Positions 40,155 through 50,176 are shown, counted from the stretch's first letter. The stretch is DNA of 64,000 nucleotides from an uncultured delta proteobacterium (GCA_963724765.1 CAVRVY010000001.1:896001-960000), one strand, 5' to 3'. Program-made: numbers and translations. Notes: generated by a model not told the origin, from the letters alone.

Positions 40155-40760
40155 ATGACCAGGACACTGTACAGCACGGCAGAAAACCCCGCCGGATCGC
40201 TTGCTCAGCGCCTGCATTTTCAGCGTCTGGAAGGCGCTCGCGGACCCATCGGGACGATGGTCGGAGTTGCGATTGCAGTCGCGCTTCTGATTGCAGTCGG
40301 CGTTGCGTTCGGCGTGCTGATTTCGAATACCGACAGTGCCGCTCCCGCCGGGGTCTATCGCCTTGTATCCGCCAAATTCCAACGTGGCGATCTGGTCGCT
40401 GTCTGCCTGCCGACTGAGATCGCTCAGGAAGGTCTCGTCCACGGTTATCTACGCACCGGAGCGTGCGCTGGTAACGCGGAGCCGGTTGGCAAAATCGTGG
40501 GCGCCCTTGCCGGGGACGTTGTCGAGATCGAACCCGGATGGGTTGCGGTCAACGGTGTGCGGTTCAAGCGCAGCGCCCTGGCGACGCGTGACAGCGCGGG
40601 TCGTTCACTTCGGCATCTCGCGTGGGGCAGCTATCGAGTCGCGGTTGGCCAGGTGTGGCTGTTCGGTTTTAACGATCGCCGGAGCTGGGATTCGCGCTAT
40701 TTCGGCCCGGTTCCGCTCGCGAACGTACGCGGCGGGATCGAGCCGGTGATCACTTGGTGA
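40155..40760 (+). CDS. traF: Conjugative pilin-processing peptidase TraF (S26)
   Basis: NTDSAAPAGVY, GDLVAVCLP, K.V.A..GD.V, SWDSRYFGP. Confidence 0.88.
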   Translation: MTRTLYSTAENPAGSLAQRLHFQRLEGARGPIGTMVGVAIAVALLIAVGVAFGVLISNTDSAAPAGVYRLVSAKFQRGDLVAVCLPTEIAQEGLVHGYLRTGACAGNAEPVGKIVGALAGDVVEIEPGWVAVNGVRFKRSALATRDSAGRSLRHLAWGSYRVAVGQVWLFGFNDRRSWDSRYFGPVPLANVRGGIEPVITW

Positions 40761-40765
40761 ATGCC

Positions 40766-41182
40766 ATGAGCAGCAACGGTAACGGAAATGGAAATGGCAA
40801 CGGTCACAGCCCTGAGCAGGGACTACGAGTGCATCATCTCGCCAACCTAGGCGGACTGGTCGCACTGGCGGGGCTCGATCTGGAGCCACCGGACTTTCTG
40901 TTGGGCGCACTACTAAGCGTCGCGCAGGAGGCCACCAAACTTACGACTTCGCAGCGCGCGCTCGTTGCGACAATCGGGCGCAAGAAACTCGACGAACGGG
41001 CGACCGGCAAGCGCGCGTGGAAGTCATGGCGGCGCGCCCAGGATCTGCATGCGATCACGCTCAGCAGTGGTCAGGTGCGCGAGATCATCGAGGCGCTAGG
41101 CGGGCAGACACTGGAGAATCCGACCAAGCTGGTCCTAGCCCTCACCGAAGCATTGACCGAGGTCTGCGATGAAACGGCCTAG
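40766..41182 (+). CDS. Conjugal transfer protein TraD-like (Ti-plasmid type)
   Basis: HHLANLGGLVALAGLD...LLGALL pattern; N-terminal NG repeats. Confidence 0.6.
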   Translation: MSSNGNGNGNGNGHSPEQGLRVHHLANLGGLVALAGLDLEPPDFLLGALLSVAQEATKLTTSQRALVATIGRKKLDERATGKRAWKSWRRAQDLHAITLSSGQVREIIEALGGQTLENPTKLVLALTEALTEVCDETA

Positions 41183-42203
41183 GTTCCTCCGCCAGAAGGA
41201 GGTCGATATCAAGCTCCGCCACGAACATGCCGAGCGTCCGCGCAAACTTGTGCCGTGGTGGGCGCGGGCATTGCGGCGGATGGGCGTGCGGCGAGGTCTG
41301 CGCCATCAGCAACCGAGCGGAAGCCTGAGCGGTATGCGTGCGGCGCGAGTCCGGGTTGCGGAACCACCAGCATACGCGCGGCGCAGCGTGGTCAAGGCGT
41401 CATTCTCGCGCAACCGCCGGAGCGGTGCGTGGGCAGCGCACGCGCGCTACCTCGCTCGCCCTGGCGCGCAACAGGAATTTGCCAAGGGGTTGGGGTTCGA
41501 CGCGGAGCGCGAGGAAATCGACATGCTCACCACGGTCAGAGACTGGGAAAAGAGCGACGAGCTGATGTGGCGCTTCATTGTGTCCCCCGAAGACGCGGAC
41601 CGTCTAAACCTTCGTGACCACGTGCGGGAACTGGTTGGTCAGATGGAACGCGACCTCGACACGAAGCTGGAGTGGGTCGCGATCGATCATCACAACACGG
41701 ACGACGCGCATGTTCATCTGCTGGTCCGTGGCGTTCGGGAGAACGGGAGGCCGTTAGAGATCAATCGTGAGTATTTGCGCTCGGGCATTCGTATCCGCAG
41801 CCAGGAGATCGCGACGCGCGAATTGGGTCCGCGGCTGGAGCCGGAGATGCTGCGGGCGCGTGAACGCGTCGTCAGACGCGAGCAGTGGACGGAGATCGAC
41901 CGGGCATTGCAGAGAAAGGCTGATGGAAATGGCCTCGTCACGTATGACCAGTTTCACCCGCACAGCGAGGTGGCGCGGATTCGAGCCGAACAGGAGATAG
42001 ATCGGCTGCAATTTCTTTCAGGACTTGGCCTTGCCCACCGGGTGGACGAACGAAGCTGGGAGCTTGCGCAGAACCATGAACGCGAGCTGCGTGAGCGGCA
42101 GGTCTCCAGGGACGTGGTCAAGAGTCGCGCCCACAGCCGTCAGCGCGGGATCGATGACGGCATGGATCGAGTTCGCGAACGCGGGAGCGAGCGCAATGGC
42201 TGA
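41169..42203 (+). CDS. Relaxase, MOBP/VirD2-like (compact)
   Basis: RRSVVKAS, AHARYLAR (catalytic Tyr), WRFIVSPED, WVAIDHHNTDDAHVHLLVRG (HUH). Confidence 0.9.
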   Translation: MKRPRFLRQKEVDIKLRHEHAERPRKLVPWWARALRRMGVRRGLRHQQPSGSLSGMRAARVRVAEPPAYARRSVVKASFSRNRRSGAWAAHARYLARPGAQQEFAKGLGFDAEREEIDMLTTVRDWEKSDELMWRFIVSPEDADRLNLRDHVRELVGQMERDLDTKLEWVAIDHHNTDDAHVHLLVRGVRENGRPLEINREYLRSGIRIRSQEIATRELGPRLEPEMLRARERVVRREQWTEIDRALQRKADGNGLVTYDQFHPHSEVARIRAEQEIDRLQFLSGLGLAHRVDERSWELAQNHERELRERQVSRDVVKSRAHSRQRGIDDGMDRVRERGSERNG

Positions 42204-44304
42204 ACAGCGGCCCTATCGGGTTCCGGGATTCTCGGGGGATGTGAGGCTGGCGCGTGCGAAAAGGCTCGGCGTGCTCTCACTCGCCGGAGCATTCATTGCG
42301 ATCAACTGGGTGACGACGCAACACGCCGCGAGCATGCTGCGCGATGCGTCGTGGCTGGGCCGCCCGCTTTTCCACCTGAGGAGCGGAGCGGTCTACGCAG
42401 CGTGGTCGTGGGTCGTCTGGTGGACGAAATGGTACTGGGCTCCGCAGCTGGAGCCGCTATGGGAGCAGTGCGCGCGGGAAGCGCTCTACCCGATGGCGAT
42501 TGTGACCGCGGTTTCGTGCGCTGCGATTGCGATGGTGCGGCATGGCTGGTTGACAAACGTCTCCGACCTTCACGGTTCCGCGCGCTGGGCTGCTACACGA
42601 GACTTAAGAGCCGGTCGATTGATCGATGCGCGCATCTCGGTGCGCGACCGGCTCCGAGCAATCGGCGTCCGGATGCGGATTCTGAGCCCAGCGGTCCGCC
42701 GAGCAGGAATCTATCTCGGCCTCTGGAGGGAATGGGGACGGGCTTCATACATACGCGATTGCGGCCCGGCGCACGTGCTGGTCTTCGCGCCAACACGGAG
42801 CGGCAAGGGTGTCGGTATCGTGGTTCCGACCCTCCTCACTTGGCCGAACTCGGTCCTCATACACGACCTCAAGGGAGAAAACTGGGCGCTCACCGCGGGT
42901 GCGCGCAAACGGATGGGTCAGGTCTGTCTCAGGTTTGCGCCGGCCTCAGCCGACAGCGACGGCGCACGTTACAACCCGCTCGCCGAGGTCAGGCTGCGCA
43001 CACCCAACGAGATCCGCGATGTCCGCAACATCGTGCAGATGATCATCGACCCGGACGGAAAGGGCCTACCGGATCACTGGTCGCGCGAAGGTTCCGCATT
43101 CCTCACCGGCATGATCCTGGACCAGCTTTATGCAGGTCGGGACAAGACTCTCAGCGGACTCGAAGCGCGGCTGTGCGATCCGGGGCAGCCGATCGACGAC
43201 ACTATGCAGCAAATCATGCGGGCCGAGCACGATCCATCCGGCTCGCTGGGCTGGACCGATTCGCGCGGCATCGCGACAAGGACGCATCCGATTATCGCGC
43301 GCGCGATGCGCAGCATGCTCGACAAGAGCCCGAACGAACGCTCGGGCGTCATCTCGGAGGTGAAGGGATTCCTCGAACTCTACCGGGACCCAGTCATCGC
43401 CGCGAACACCGCGCACTCTGACTTTCGAATCACGGACCTGATGAATCATCAACGGCCCGTGTCGCTCTATATTGTCGTCCCGCTCGCTCACAAGAACAGC
43501 CTCAAGCCAGTCATTCGGCTGATGCTCGGGCAGATCCTTCATCGGCTTACCGAGCACCTAGAATTCAAAAACGGCCGCGCAGTGACCGGCTATCGCCACC
43601 GCCTGCTGCTCATGATCGACGAGTTCCCTAGTCTCGGACGACTGGACGTGTTCGCGGAGTCCCTGTCGCTGGTCGCCGGCTATGGCATCAAAGCCTGCCT
43701 GATCGCGCAGGACCTGAGTCAGATCCACGCCGCGTACGGGCACGACGAGGCGATCACCTACAACTGCCATACCCGAGTTGCATTCGCGCCAAACCGGATC
43801 GAAACGGCGCGGCTGCTCTCGCAGATGACCGGAGAGACGACCGTCCGGCACGCGCACCGGACTATCTCCAGTTCGGGTGCGAGTGTCTCGGAGCCGGAGG
43901 TCGCCCGTCCGCTTCTCACTCCGGATGAGGCGATGCGGCTAGGCGGCGACGAGGCGCTGATCTTCACCAGCGGCCGGCCCGCGATTCGGGCGACGAAACT
44001 TCGTTATTACGCCGATCCATCGTTCACACGGCTGGCGCAGATTGCTCCGCCGTCAAAGAGCGACCACATCGAGCACGCCTCCGCGATTGCCGATCGCGGG
44101 CAACCAAACGACGACACGGGGAACGAGGCGCCGGAGCAGGAGATGCCCGAGCAGCGCCGCGCCATTCAGGCTCCCGCCGGGAAACCTCGCCACCTGAAGC
44201 CAGTGCCCGCGGAGCAACTCTCGTTTCTCAAATTCGCGGTCGAGAGCGGGAACGGCGCCGCTGACTCCCCGAAAGAGGAAGGCGTCAAGGAGAGATTACT
44301 GTGA
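42196..44304 (+). CDS. traG: Type IV coupling protein TraG/VirD4
   Basis: HGSARWA, APTRSGKGVG..VPTLL, DLKGENW, LLMIDEF. Confidence 0.93.
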   Translation: MAEQRPYRVPGFSGDVRLARAKRLGVLSLAGAFIAINWVTTQHAASMLRDASWLGRPLFHLRSGAVYAAWSWVVWWTKWYWAPQLEPLWEQCAREALYPMAIVTAVSCAAIAMVRHGWLTNVSDLHGSARWAATRDLRAGRLIDARISVRDRLRAIGVRMRILSPAVRRAGIYLGLWREWGRASYIRDCGPAHVLVFAPTRSGKGVGIVVPTLLTWPNSVLIHDLKGENWALTAGARKRMGQVCLRFAPASADSDGARYNPLAEVRLRTPNEIRDVRNIVQMIIDPDGKGLPDHWSREGSAFLTGMILDQLYAGRDKTLSGLEARLCDPGQPIDDTMQQIMRAEHDPSGSLGWTDSRGIATRTHPIIARAMRSMLDKSPNERSGVISEVKGFLELYRDPVIAANTAHSDFRITDLMNHQRPVSLYIVVPLAHKNSLKPVIRLMLGQILHRLTEHLEFKNGRAVTGYRHRLLLMIDEFPSLGRLDVFAESLSLVAGYGIKACLIAQDLSQIHAAYGHDEAITYNCHTRVAFAPNRIETARLLSQMTGETTVRHAHRTISSSGASVSEPEVARPLLTPDEAMRLGGDEALIFTSGRPAIRATKLRYYADPSFTRLAQIAPPSKSDHIEHASAIADRGQPNDDTGNEAPEQEMPEQRRAIQAPAGKPRHLKPVPAEQLSFLKFAVESGNGAADSPKEEGVKERLL

Positions 44305-44744
44305 GACGACAACTCACCGCTTACCTGAGCGAAGAAGAATTCCATCGGCTGCGCGACGAAGCCGACGAACGCGGCTTCACCCTGTCGCGATATGTGAAGG
44401 AGCGTCTCTTTCAATCCGATGGCGGCTCCGGACTGACTTTCTCGGACGCCACACTCGCTGCGGCTGAAAAGAGAATCATTCAAACCAATCGCGTCTCCAC
44501 AGCGGACACCCTGAAACCGCTCGCTCATCAGCTCACCACGCTGCTGGCGATGGTCGATCAGTTCGCTCTGAGCATGCTGAGCCATCTGGCGGAAATCCCC
44601 GAAGCGCAACGCAAGCAGGCCCTTGCTTCCGGCCAGCGACGCCATCGCGGATGGCGCGCAGAGGTCGAGGAGACGCTGAAACGGATGGAACAGTCAGCGC
44701 CAGCGCCGAAGAGCGGCGCGAGCCGGAACGGAGAGTCAGCATGA
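44301..44744 (+). CDS. CopG/RHH-like protein between traG and trbB
   Basis: MRRQLTAYLSEEEF..L.....RG.TLSRYV; usual position in Trb clusters. Confidence 0.65.
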   Translation: MRRQLTAYLSEEEFHRLRDEADERGFTLSRYVKERLFQSDGGSGLTFSDATLAAAEKRIIQTNRVSTADTLKPLAHQLTTLLAMVDQFALSMLSHLAEIPEAQRKQALASGQRRHRGWRAEVEETLKRMEQSAPAPKSGASRNGESA

Positions 44745-45085
44745 TTTCGGCGCAGCAGCTGCAGGAGCGACGCCTGGACGAACTCCTGAGACGCCAGCTC
44801 GGGACAAAAATTCTGGCGGCGATCGGCGATCCGCAGATCACCGAGATCATCATCAACGAGGACGGCCGTGTCTGGTTCGAATCCTACGGCAAGGGAATGC
44901 ACGAAGCCGGTTTGCGGCTCGCTGCGTCGCAGGTGGAGAGCCTCATCGGAACCGTCGCAGCGTCGCTTGGAGCGGTAGCGAACGCCAATAATCCGATCGT
45001 AGAGGGTGAACTGCTGATCGAGGGCATCCGCTTCGAAGGCCTCCTACCACCAGTCGCAAGAAAGCCCTGCTGTGTGATGCGCAAG
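44741..45085 (+). pseudogene. trbB: TrbB/VirB11 ATPase, 5' fragment only
   Basis: DPQITEIIINEDGRVW, PIVEGEL...RFEGLLPPV..P...RK, then homology stops before Walker A. Confidence 0.82.
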
Positions 45086-45947
45086 CAACCTGTACCGTCT
45101 CGTCGTCCTCGGTCGGGTTCAGCAGCGTGGCCTTGCGGGCGGAAACGCTTTCGATTTCGGCCATCCGATCGGCGATGAACTGGCTCTCTTCGCTGTAAGC
45201 ATCGGAAGAGCGATCGTCTTTTCCAATAGACAGCGTGTAGACCACAGCCGCCTTTGGCGAGGATTCAACCGCCTTGAAAAGTGAAGTCAGAAAGGCCGCA
45301 AGCTACTCACGTGCCTGCGGCAGCTTCTGCACTTTGCGCAGGTAAACGGAAAGCTCGTCGAGCAGAATTAAGGTCGGCTCGCCACCGAACAGTTCTTGGA
45401 TAGTCTCAGCGCCGGGAGCAATTGCCTGCTCGTCTCCACGGCGAACGCGCTCGTAACCGGCTTTGCCGGCAAGCGCATAGGCAATTTCGCCCCACGGGGT
45501 GAAGGCGAGAACATCCTCGCTCATCTTGCGGCCGTTGGCGGGGTCCGCATTCTCGCCATCGAAGGCGGCGACGCGGACGCGGCTTTTTGGAACCACGGCA
45601 GGATCGATAAATTCGGCGGCGTTGGTGACACCACGCATCCCGTTCGCGGCGTGTACGAGTGCAATCAGGGAGTGCGTCTTGCCGCCACCGAATGAGGTTC
45701 CGAGCCGAAAGATCGCAGCGACCTCGCCCGGCTTGCCGCTCAGGCGCGCGCACACGTTCGCGAGCAGACTCTTGAGCCCTCGCGTCGGATAGGTTGTGCC
45801 GAAGAAGAGTTCCGGTTTGAGGTATTCACCGGAGGCGGTGCCCTTTATTACCTGAGCAAGGTCGGCGGCAAAATCCGATTTGGCGATATCACCTTTGACA
45901 ACATCCCTTCGCGGCTCGCACAGGTCAAAAATCGTCTTCACGCCCAC
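45086..45947 (-). pseudogene. DUF499-family AAA+ ATPase, nonsense codon and 3' truncation
   Basis: FAADL, FF..TYPTRGL, FGGGKTH, TPWGEIA, LLDEL; TAG at 45303-45305 is followed in frame by LAAFLTSLFKAV...ARKATLLNPTEDDETVQV. Confidence 0.8.
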
Positions 45948-46228
45948 TCACCCAATTCTCCGGCAAAATCTAACGGGTGCATTTCTATGCTCCACACCTG
46001 CGGGCAGACTCGCACGGGATTACCATATTTCGTTTCCGATCGCCCCACGCCAGTGGGTTTCCGCGTGGCGCTTCCGGCGAGTTATGCGCCTGAGCAGACT
46101 CCGAAAAATCCGATGACCTTCGAGCTGTGCGAGAGTACGATCTTCTGAGCTAAAAGCTGCTTCCGCTACTCCTTTCGCTGTAAGCGATTGCCGGGCCGGC
46201 AGTGCAGGGCCTCTTCGCCGTCGAAAAG

Positions 46229-46495
46229 TCACTCTTTCAGCTCCGTTTCCAGTCTGTCCGCAACGAACATCTTGAGCAGCGACTGATACGGTACGTCGCG
46301 CTTGTTGGCGAGAAGCTTGAGCCTATCGAGCATCGGCTTGGGCAGCCGTAGCGAGATGGTCTGCGACGAGGGTCGGAGCTTCGGGAGAGTCACTCGCTTC
46401 GCCTTGCGCCAGTCGATGAAGTCCGCCGAGTCGTGCTTCGCCCAGAACTCGCGCTCGGCGTCTTCACTCTTGAATTTAGGCAGGACCTTTTTCAT
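46229..46495 (-). CDS. brnA: BrnA/CopG-like antitoxin
   Basis: PKFKSE..EREFW..HDS, TISLRLP, DVPYQSLLK. Confidence 0.88.
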   Translation of the reverse strand: MKKVLPKFKSEDAEREFWAKHDSADFIDWRKAKRVTLPKLRPSSQTISLRLPKPMLDRLKLLANKRDVPYQSLLKMFVADRLETELKE

Positions 46496-46790
46496 GACGA
46501 TTGAAAATCCTTCGCTCCTTGCGGCTCATGTCACGCGCCGAGATCACTCGGATTAGACGGCCGCGAATCGTAAATACCACGAACATCGGTCTGCCGCTGT
46601 CACTTTGGCCCAAGGCGTAAAACCGCTCCTCACCCGCCGAGTGCTCCTCGTCGCTGCCGACGATTAATGGCCGATTGAAGAAAAGCTCCTCACACTCAGT
46701 CGCCATCACCTGATGGCGCTCCCAGATCTTTGTCGAGTTGCCGGCATCCCATTGGAAGCCCTCGCATTCCGCCAGCCGCTCGTCCCACAT
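46476..46790 (-). CDS. brnT: BrnT family toxin
   Basis: FQWD.GN..K...H.V...ECEE.F, HS..EERF..LG, IRVISARDM...ER. Confidence 0.9.
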   Translation of the reverse strand: MWDERLAECEGFQWDAGNSTKIWERHQVMATECEELFFNRPLIVGSDEEHSAGEERFYALGQSDSGRPMFVVFTIRGRLIRVISARDMSRKERRIFNRHEKGPA

Positions 46791-46849
46791 CACCCGACTG
46801 ATTGTATATCGCAAGCACATACGACAGCAAGTCAGTTAGCTTCACCGCC

Positions 46850-47097
46850 TACGCCCCGCCTTGCTCGGCTCCGCTCAAGACCGCCGCGCCATCCCTAATT
46901 GGGAACGCTTCGCTTGTCACGGCGGCCTTGAATTGCTTCGCCGCGCTCATTGGCGGCTTCGCTGCGCTCCGCATCGCAGTCCTTTCCACCCTCGCACTCT
47001 CAGTCCGGGTTGAAGAGCGCGATGGCGGAAGAAGGTTCGGGTTTTTAACGAACCAAACCGCGCTCTGCCCTTCGGGAAGCGAGCGCAAAAAGGAGCG
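46850..47097 (+). promoter_or_regulatory. Structured ardC leader, candidate single-stranded-DNA promoter/ssi element
   Basis: Inverted repeat TCAAGACCGCCG (46875-46886) / CGGCGGCCTTGA (46920-46931), inner hairpins, recurring GCTTCGC motifs. Confidence 0.45.
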
Positions 47098-47978
47098 ATG
47101 CAAATGGACGTGTACGCGATTGTCACCGAGAAGATCATGAATCTGTTGGAACAAGGAATTGTGCCGTGGCGCAGACCGTGGATTTCAACTGGATTGCCGC
47201 GCAATCTGGTATCGAAAAGGCCGTACAACGGCATCAACTATTTTCTGCTTTCCGCGTCAAAATACGTGTCGCCCTTCTGGTTGACGTACCGTCAGGCAAC
47301 CGAACTGGACGGCCACGTGCGCAAAGGCGAGGAGAGCACGATCGTAATTTTCTGGAAGGTCGAAGACCTGAAGCAGAGCGGCGAAGACCTCGACAGCGAG
47401 GAGAGCAACGAGAAGAATCGGCGCCGATCCCTTCTGCGATATTATCGCGTGTTCAACCTTGAACAATGCGAACTGCCGCAAGCGGTCTTCGACAAGCTGC
47501 CGAAGATTGAAACGCACGAGCACGATCCGATCGAAGCGGCCGAACAGATCATCGCCGGAATGCCGAACCCGCCCGAGATTCAGTACGCCGGATCAAAGGC
47601 GTTCTACAGTAGCGTCACCGATCGGATCACCTTGCCGCCGCGGAACTCTTCATCAGCGCCGAAGAACAAATAGCCACGACCTACCACGAGGTGAGTCACG
47701 CAACTGGCCACCCGAAGCGGCTCAACCGCAAATCGATCACGGAAGCCGCGCCGTTCGGTTCACCCATATATGCCACCGAGGAGCTGGTAGCGGAGATGTC
47801 AGCAGCCTATCTCTGCGCCGAAGCGGGAATCTCGCCGGCGGTTCTCGAGAATCAGGCCGCGTACATCGCGGGATGGCTGAAGAAGCTTAGAGACGATCGA
47901 AAGCTCGTGGTTCACGCTGCCGCCCAGGCGCAGCACGCAGCCGATTACGTTCTGGGGAAGGTGCCGACGGCCATCTGA
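47098..47978 (+). pseudogene. ardC: ArdC anti-restriction protein (ssDNA-binding + zincin), frameshifted at ~47642
   Basis: VPWRRPW, Y.GIN, W.TYRQA..L.G.VRKGE, YRVFN; adding one base gives PPRELF..EEQIATTYHEVSHATGH..RL.R, YA.EELVAE. Confidence 0.88.
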
Positions 47979-47984
47979 AAGTTT

Positions 47985-48017
47985 CGGCATCGCTCGGCCC
48001 TCCGCCGAGCGATGCCG
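47985..48017 (+). terminator. 14-bp perfect hairpin after ardC
   Basis: CGGCATCGCTCGGC-cctcc-GCCGAGCGATGCCG. Confidence 0.6.
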
Positions 48018-48595
48018 CTGCTCTTGAGCGCTTGGAGTTAATTTCGCTGAATAAAGTCTAATATAAACCGTCTAACCATTTAATGACGCTTCTCGCGGTG
48101 ATCTACCGCGATTTAGCTGTTCAACGAAACGAAAGAGCACAAAGAATCCGCCCTGAAAGGTACGGAATCCGTGGACCGATTGTTATGACGATGCGTTGGG
48201 GTTTGGAAATACGCCGAGCGCCGTCTTTGACTCGTCTCTCGCGGACCGTGCTCGACGGTCGCGCTGACAATTCACAACGCCTCATCGAAACGGATCGAAC
48301 GGCGGACCCTCTCACGGTGAGAGGAGATCGCCGCGAATGTCGTCCAATCCATACCGACCGAAGAGGTGAAGTATGCGGAAACCGAGGGGCAACGGTAGTT
48401 CGCCCCGTGGGCCGCGAGGGTCGGGCGTGGCGGGACTGTTCGTCGTCCCGAGGTTGGAGGAGTTGGTGGCTGACCCCAGCAGGGCTGGGGTGCTCGACAC
48501 GCGCACGGCGCGAATCGTCGCGACTCAAGCACTGGGCGTATTTATGGCATCCTTTTGCCGATTGCTCGAAGCGGGAGGCGCCGACAATCTCGGCG

Positions 48596-48844
48596 ATGAG
48601 GCAGGTCAGGTGGCGGGCGTGGCGGGACGGACCGTCGAACAGTTCCAGGATTTTGCCAGAGCTCGACGACGTTGTAAGCGTTGAGGAAGTTGCAGGCATC
48701 CTGGGCAAGCCGCGAAGGTGGATCATTCGGAACGCCTCACGCTTGCCGTTCGTGACCCGTGTATCTCGGAAGCACTACGTCTGTTCTAGGATTGTACTGA
48801 GACGATGGCTTGCGTCTCGGCCACGCGCGCTTAAGGGACAATGA
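48596..48844 (+). CDS. Excisionase-like HTH protein (start uncertain; may be the frameshifted 3' part of a gene starting at 48373)
   Basis: VSVEEVAGILGKPRRWI...LPFV..V.RK.......LRRWL winged-HTH pattern directly upstream of the integrase. Confidence 0.6.
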   Translation: MRQVRWRAWRDGPSNSSRILPELDDVVSVEEVAGILGKPRRWIIRNASRLPFVTRVSRKHYVCSRIVLRRWLASRPRALKGQ

Positions 48845-49018
48845 CGGATCGAAACCATACCGGTGGTGTCGCGACAAAAGTGCCCTGCTGTGCGGTACGG
48901 CGTTACTTCCAGAGCCACTTTGCGGTTGGGGAAATTGCCGGCTGGAGGAGTTGATCCTCGAAGCGATACGTCAGTAGCTTGATCGCAGAGTGCAAATGAA
49001 TTCCGGCAGAACGGTGCG

Positions 49019-50176
49019 ATGAAACAGACGCGTGGATTGGGTTTTGTATATCGGCCCATTTACGTCGATAAGCGTACTGGCGAACGAAAGACCGCTGCGA
49101 CCTGGTGGGTTCAATATTCCGTCCGCGGCAAGAGATTTCGCGAGTCTTCGGGTTCCTCGAATCGCGTCGACGCGGTCAAGCTACTCAAGCGCCGGATTGG
49201 GGACGCCAGCCAGGGGCGCACGATTGGACCACAAGCCGAGAAGACGAGGTTCAAGCAACTCACGCAGTTGCTCATCGACGACTATCGTGCAAATGGGCGA
49301 CGGAGCCTCAAGCGGATCAAAGCCTCGATTATCCATCTGCTCGCTTTTTTTGGCGATGAGTTCGCGATGGACATAACTGGCGACAGGGTTGCGAGTTACA
49401 TTGCATACAGGCAGGACGAGAAAGCGGCTGCAGCCACAATCAACCGCGAACTAGCAGCACTGAAACGCGCTTTCCGGCTGGGCGAGAAGGTCGGGAAAGT
49501 CATCCAGCGCCCGGAAGTCTCGACGCTTCGCGAGGACAACCGACGCAAAGGATTCTTTGAGGCAGACGAATACCGAGCCGTTCTCAAACATCTTCCAGAG
49601 GAGCTTAAGCCGGTAATTCAGACTGCCTACATCACCGGATGGCGGATCGCGTCCGAGATACTCACGCGCCAGAAGCATCACGTTAATCTTGAAGCCGGTT
49701 GGCTCCGCCTCGAGCCGGGCGAGACCAACAACGGAGAAGGACGAAATTTCCCTCTGACGCCCGAGCTCCGTGAAGTTCTCGCGCAGCAGATCGAAAAGAC
49801 GAGGCTCATAGAGCAGAAGACAGGGCGAATCATTCCGTGGCTCTTCCATCGCGACGGAAACCCGATCAGAGATTTTCGCGGTGCCTGGGCGTCGGCTTGC
49901 AAGAGCGCCGGGGTTCCCAAACGAATCCCGCACGACTTTAGACGCACCGCCGTGCGCAATCTCGAACGTGCGGGAGTGCCGCGCTCAGCGGCTATGGCGA
50001 TGGTCGGTCATCGCACTGAATCGATCTATCGACGCTACGCGATCGCTGACGAAGCGATGTTGAAAGAAGGCGCAGTGAAGCTGGCCGCGTTCCACGCGTC
50101 AGAGAAGAACGGCACTCCCAAGGTCGTGCCTATAAAGAAGCGCTCTTCTAAGGAGACGAGGACTGAAAGGCGCTGA
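49019..50176 (+). CDS. Tyrosine recombinase/integrase
   Basis: N-terminal arm-binding region (WWVQY), ATINREL..L, TGWR..E, HDFRRT, VGH, RRY. Confidence 0.93.
   Translation: MKQTRGLGFVYRPIYVDKRTGERKTAATWWVQYSVRGKRFRESSGSSNRVDAVKLLKRRIGDASQGRTIGPQAEKTRFKQLTQLLIDDYRANGRRSLKRIKASIIHLLAFFGDEFAMDITGDRVASYIAYRQDEKAAAATINRELAALKRAFRLGEKVGKVIQRPEVSTLREDNRRKGFFEADEYRAVLKHLPEELKPVIQTAYITGWRIASEILTRQKHHVNLEAGWLRLEPGETNNGEGRNFPLTPELREVLAQQIEKTRLIEQKTGRIIPWLFHRDGNPIRDFRGAWASACKSAGVPKRIPHDFRRTAVRNLERAGVPRSAAMAMVGHRTESIYRRYAIADEAMLKEGAVKLAAFHASEKNGTPKVVPIKKRSSKETRTERR

Noticed and set aside
40772-40806. AACGGT/AATGGA-type short tandem repeats
   Set aside because: They encode an in-frame NGNGNG low-complexity tail with varied codons; not a CRISPR or contingency locus.
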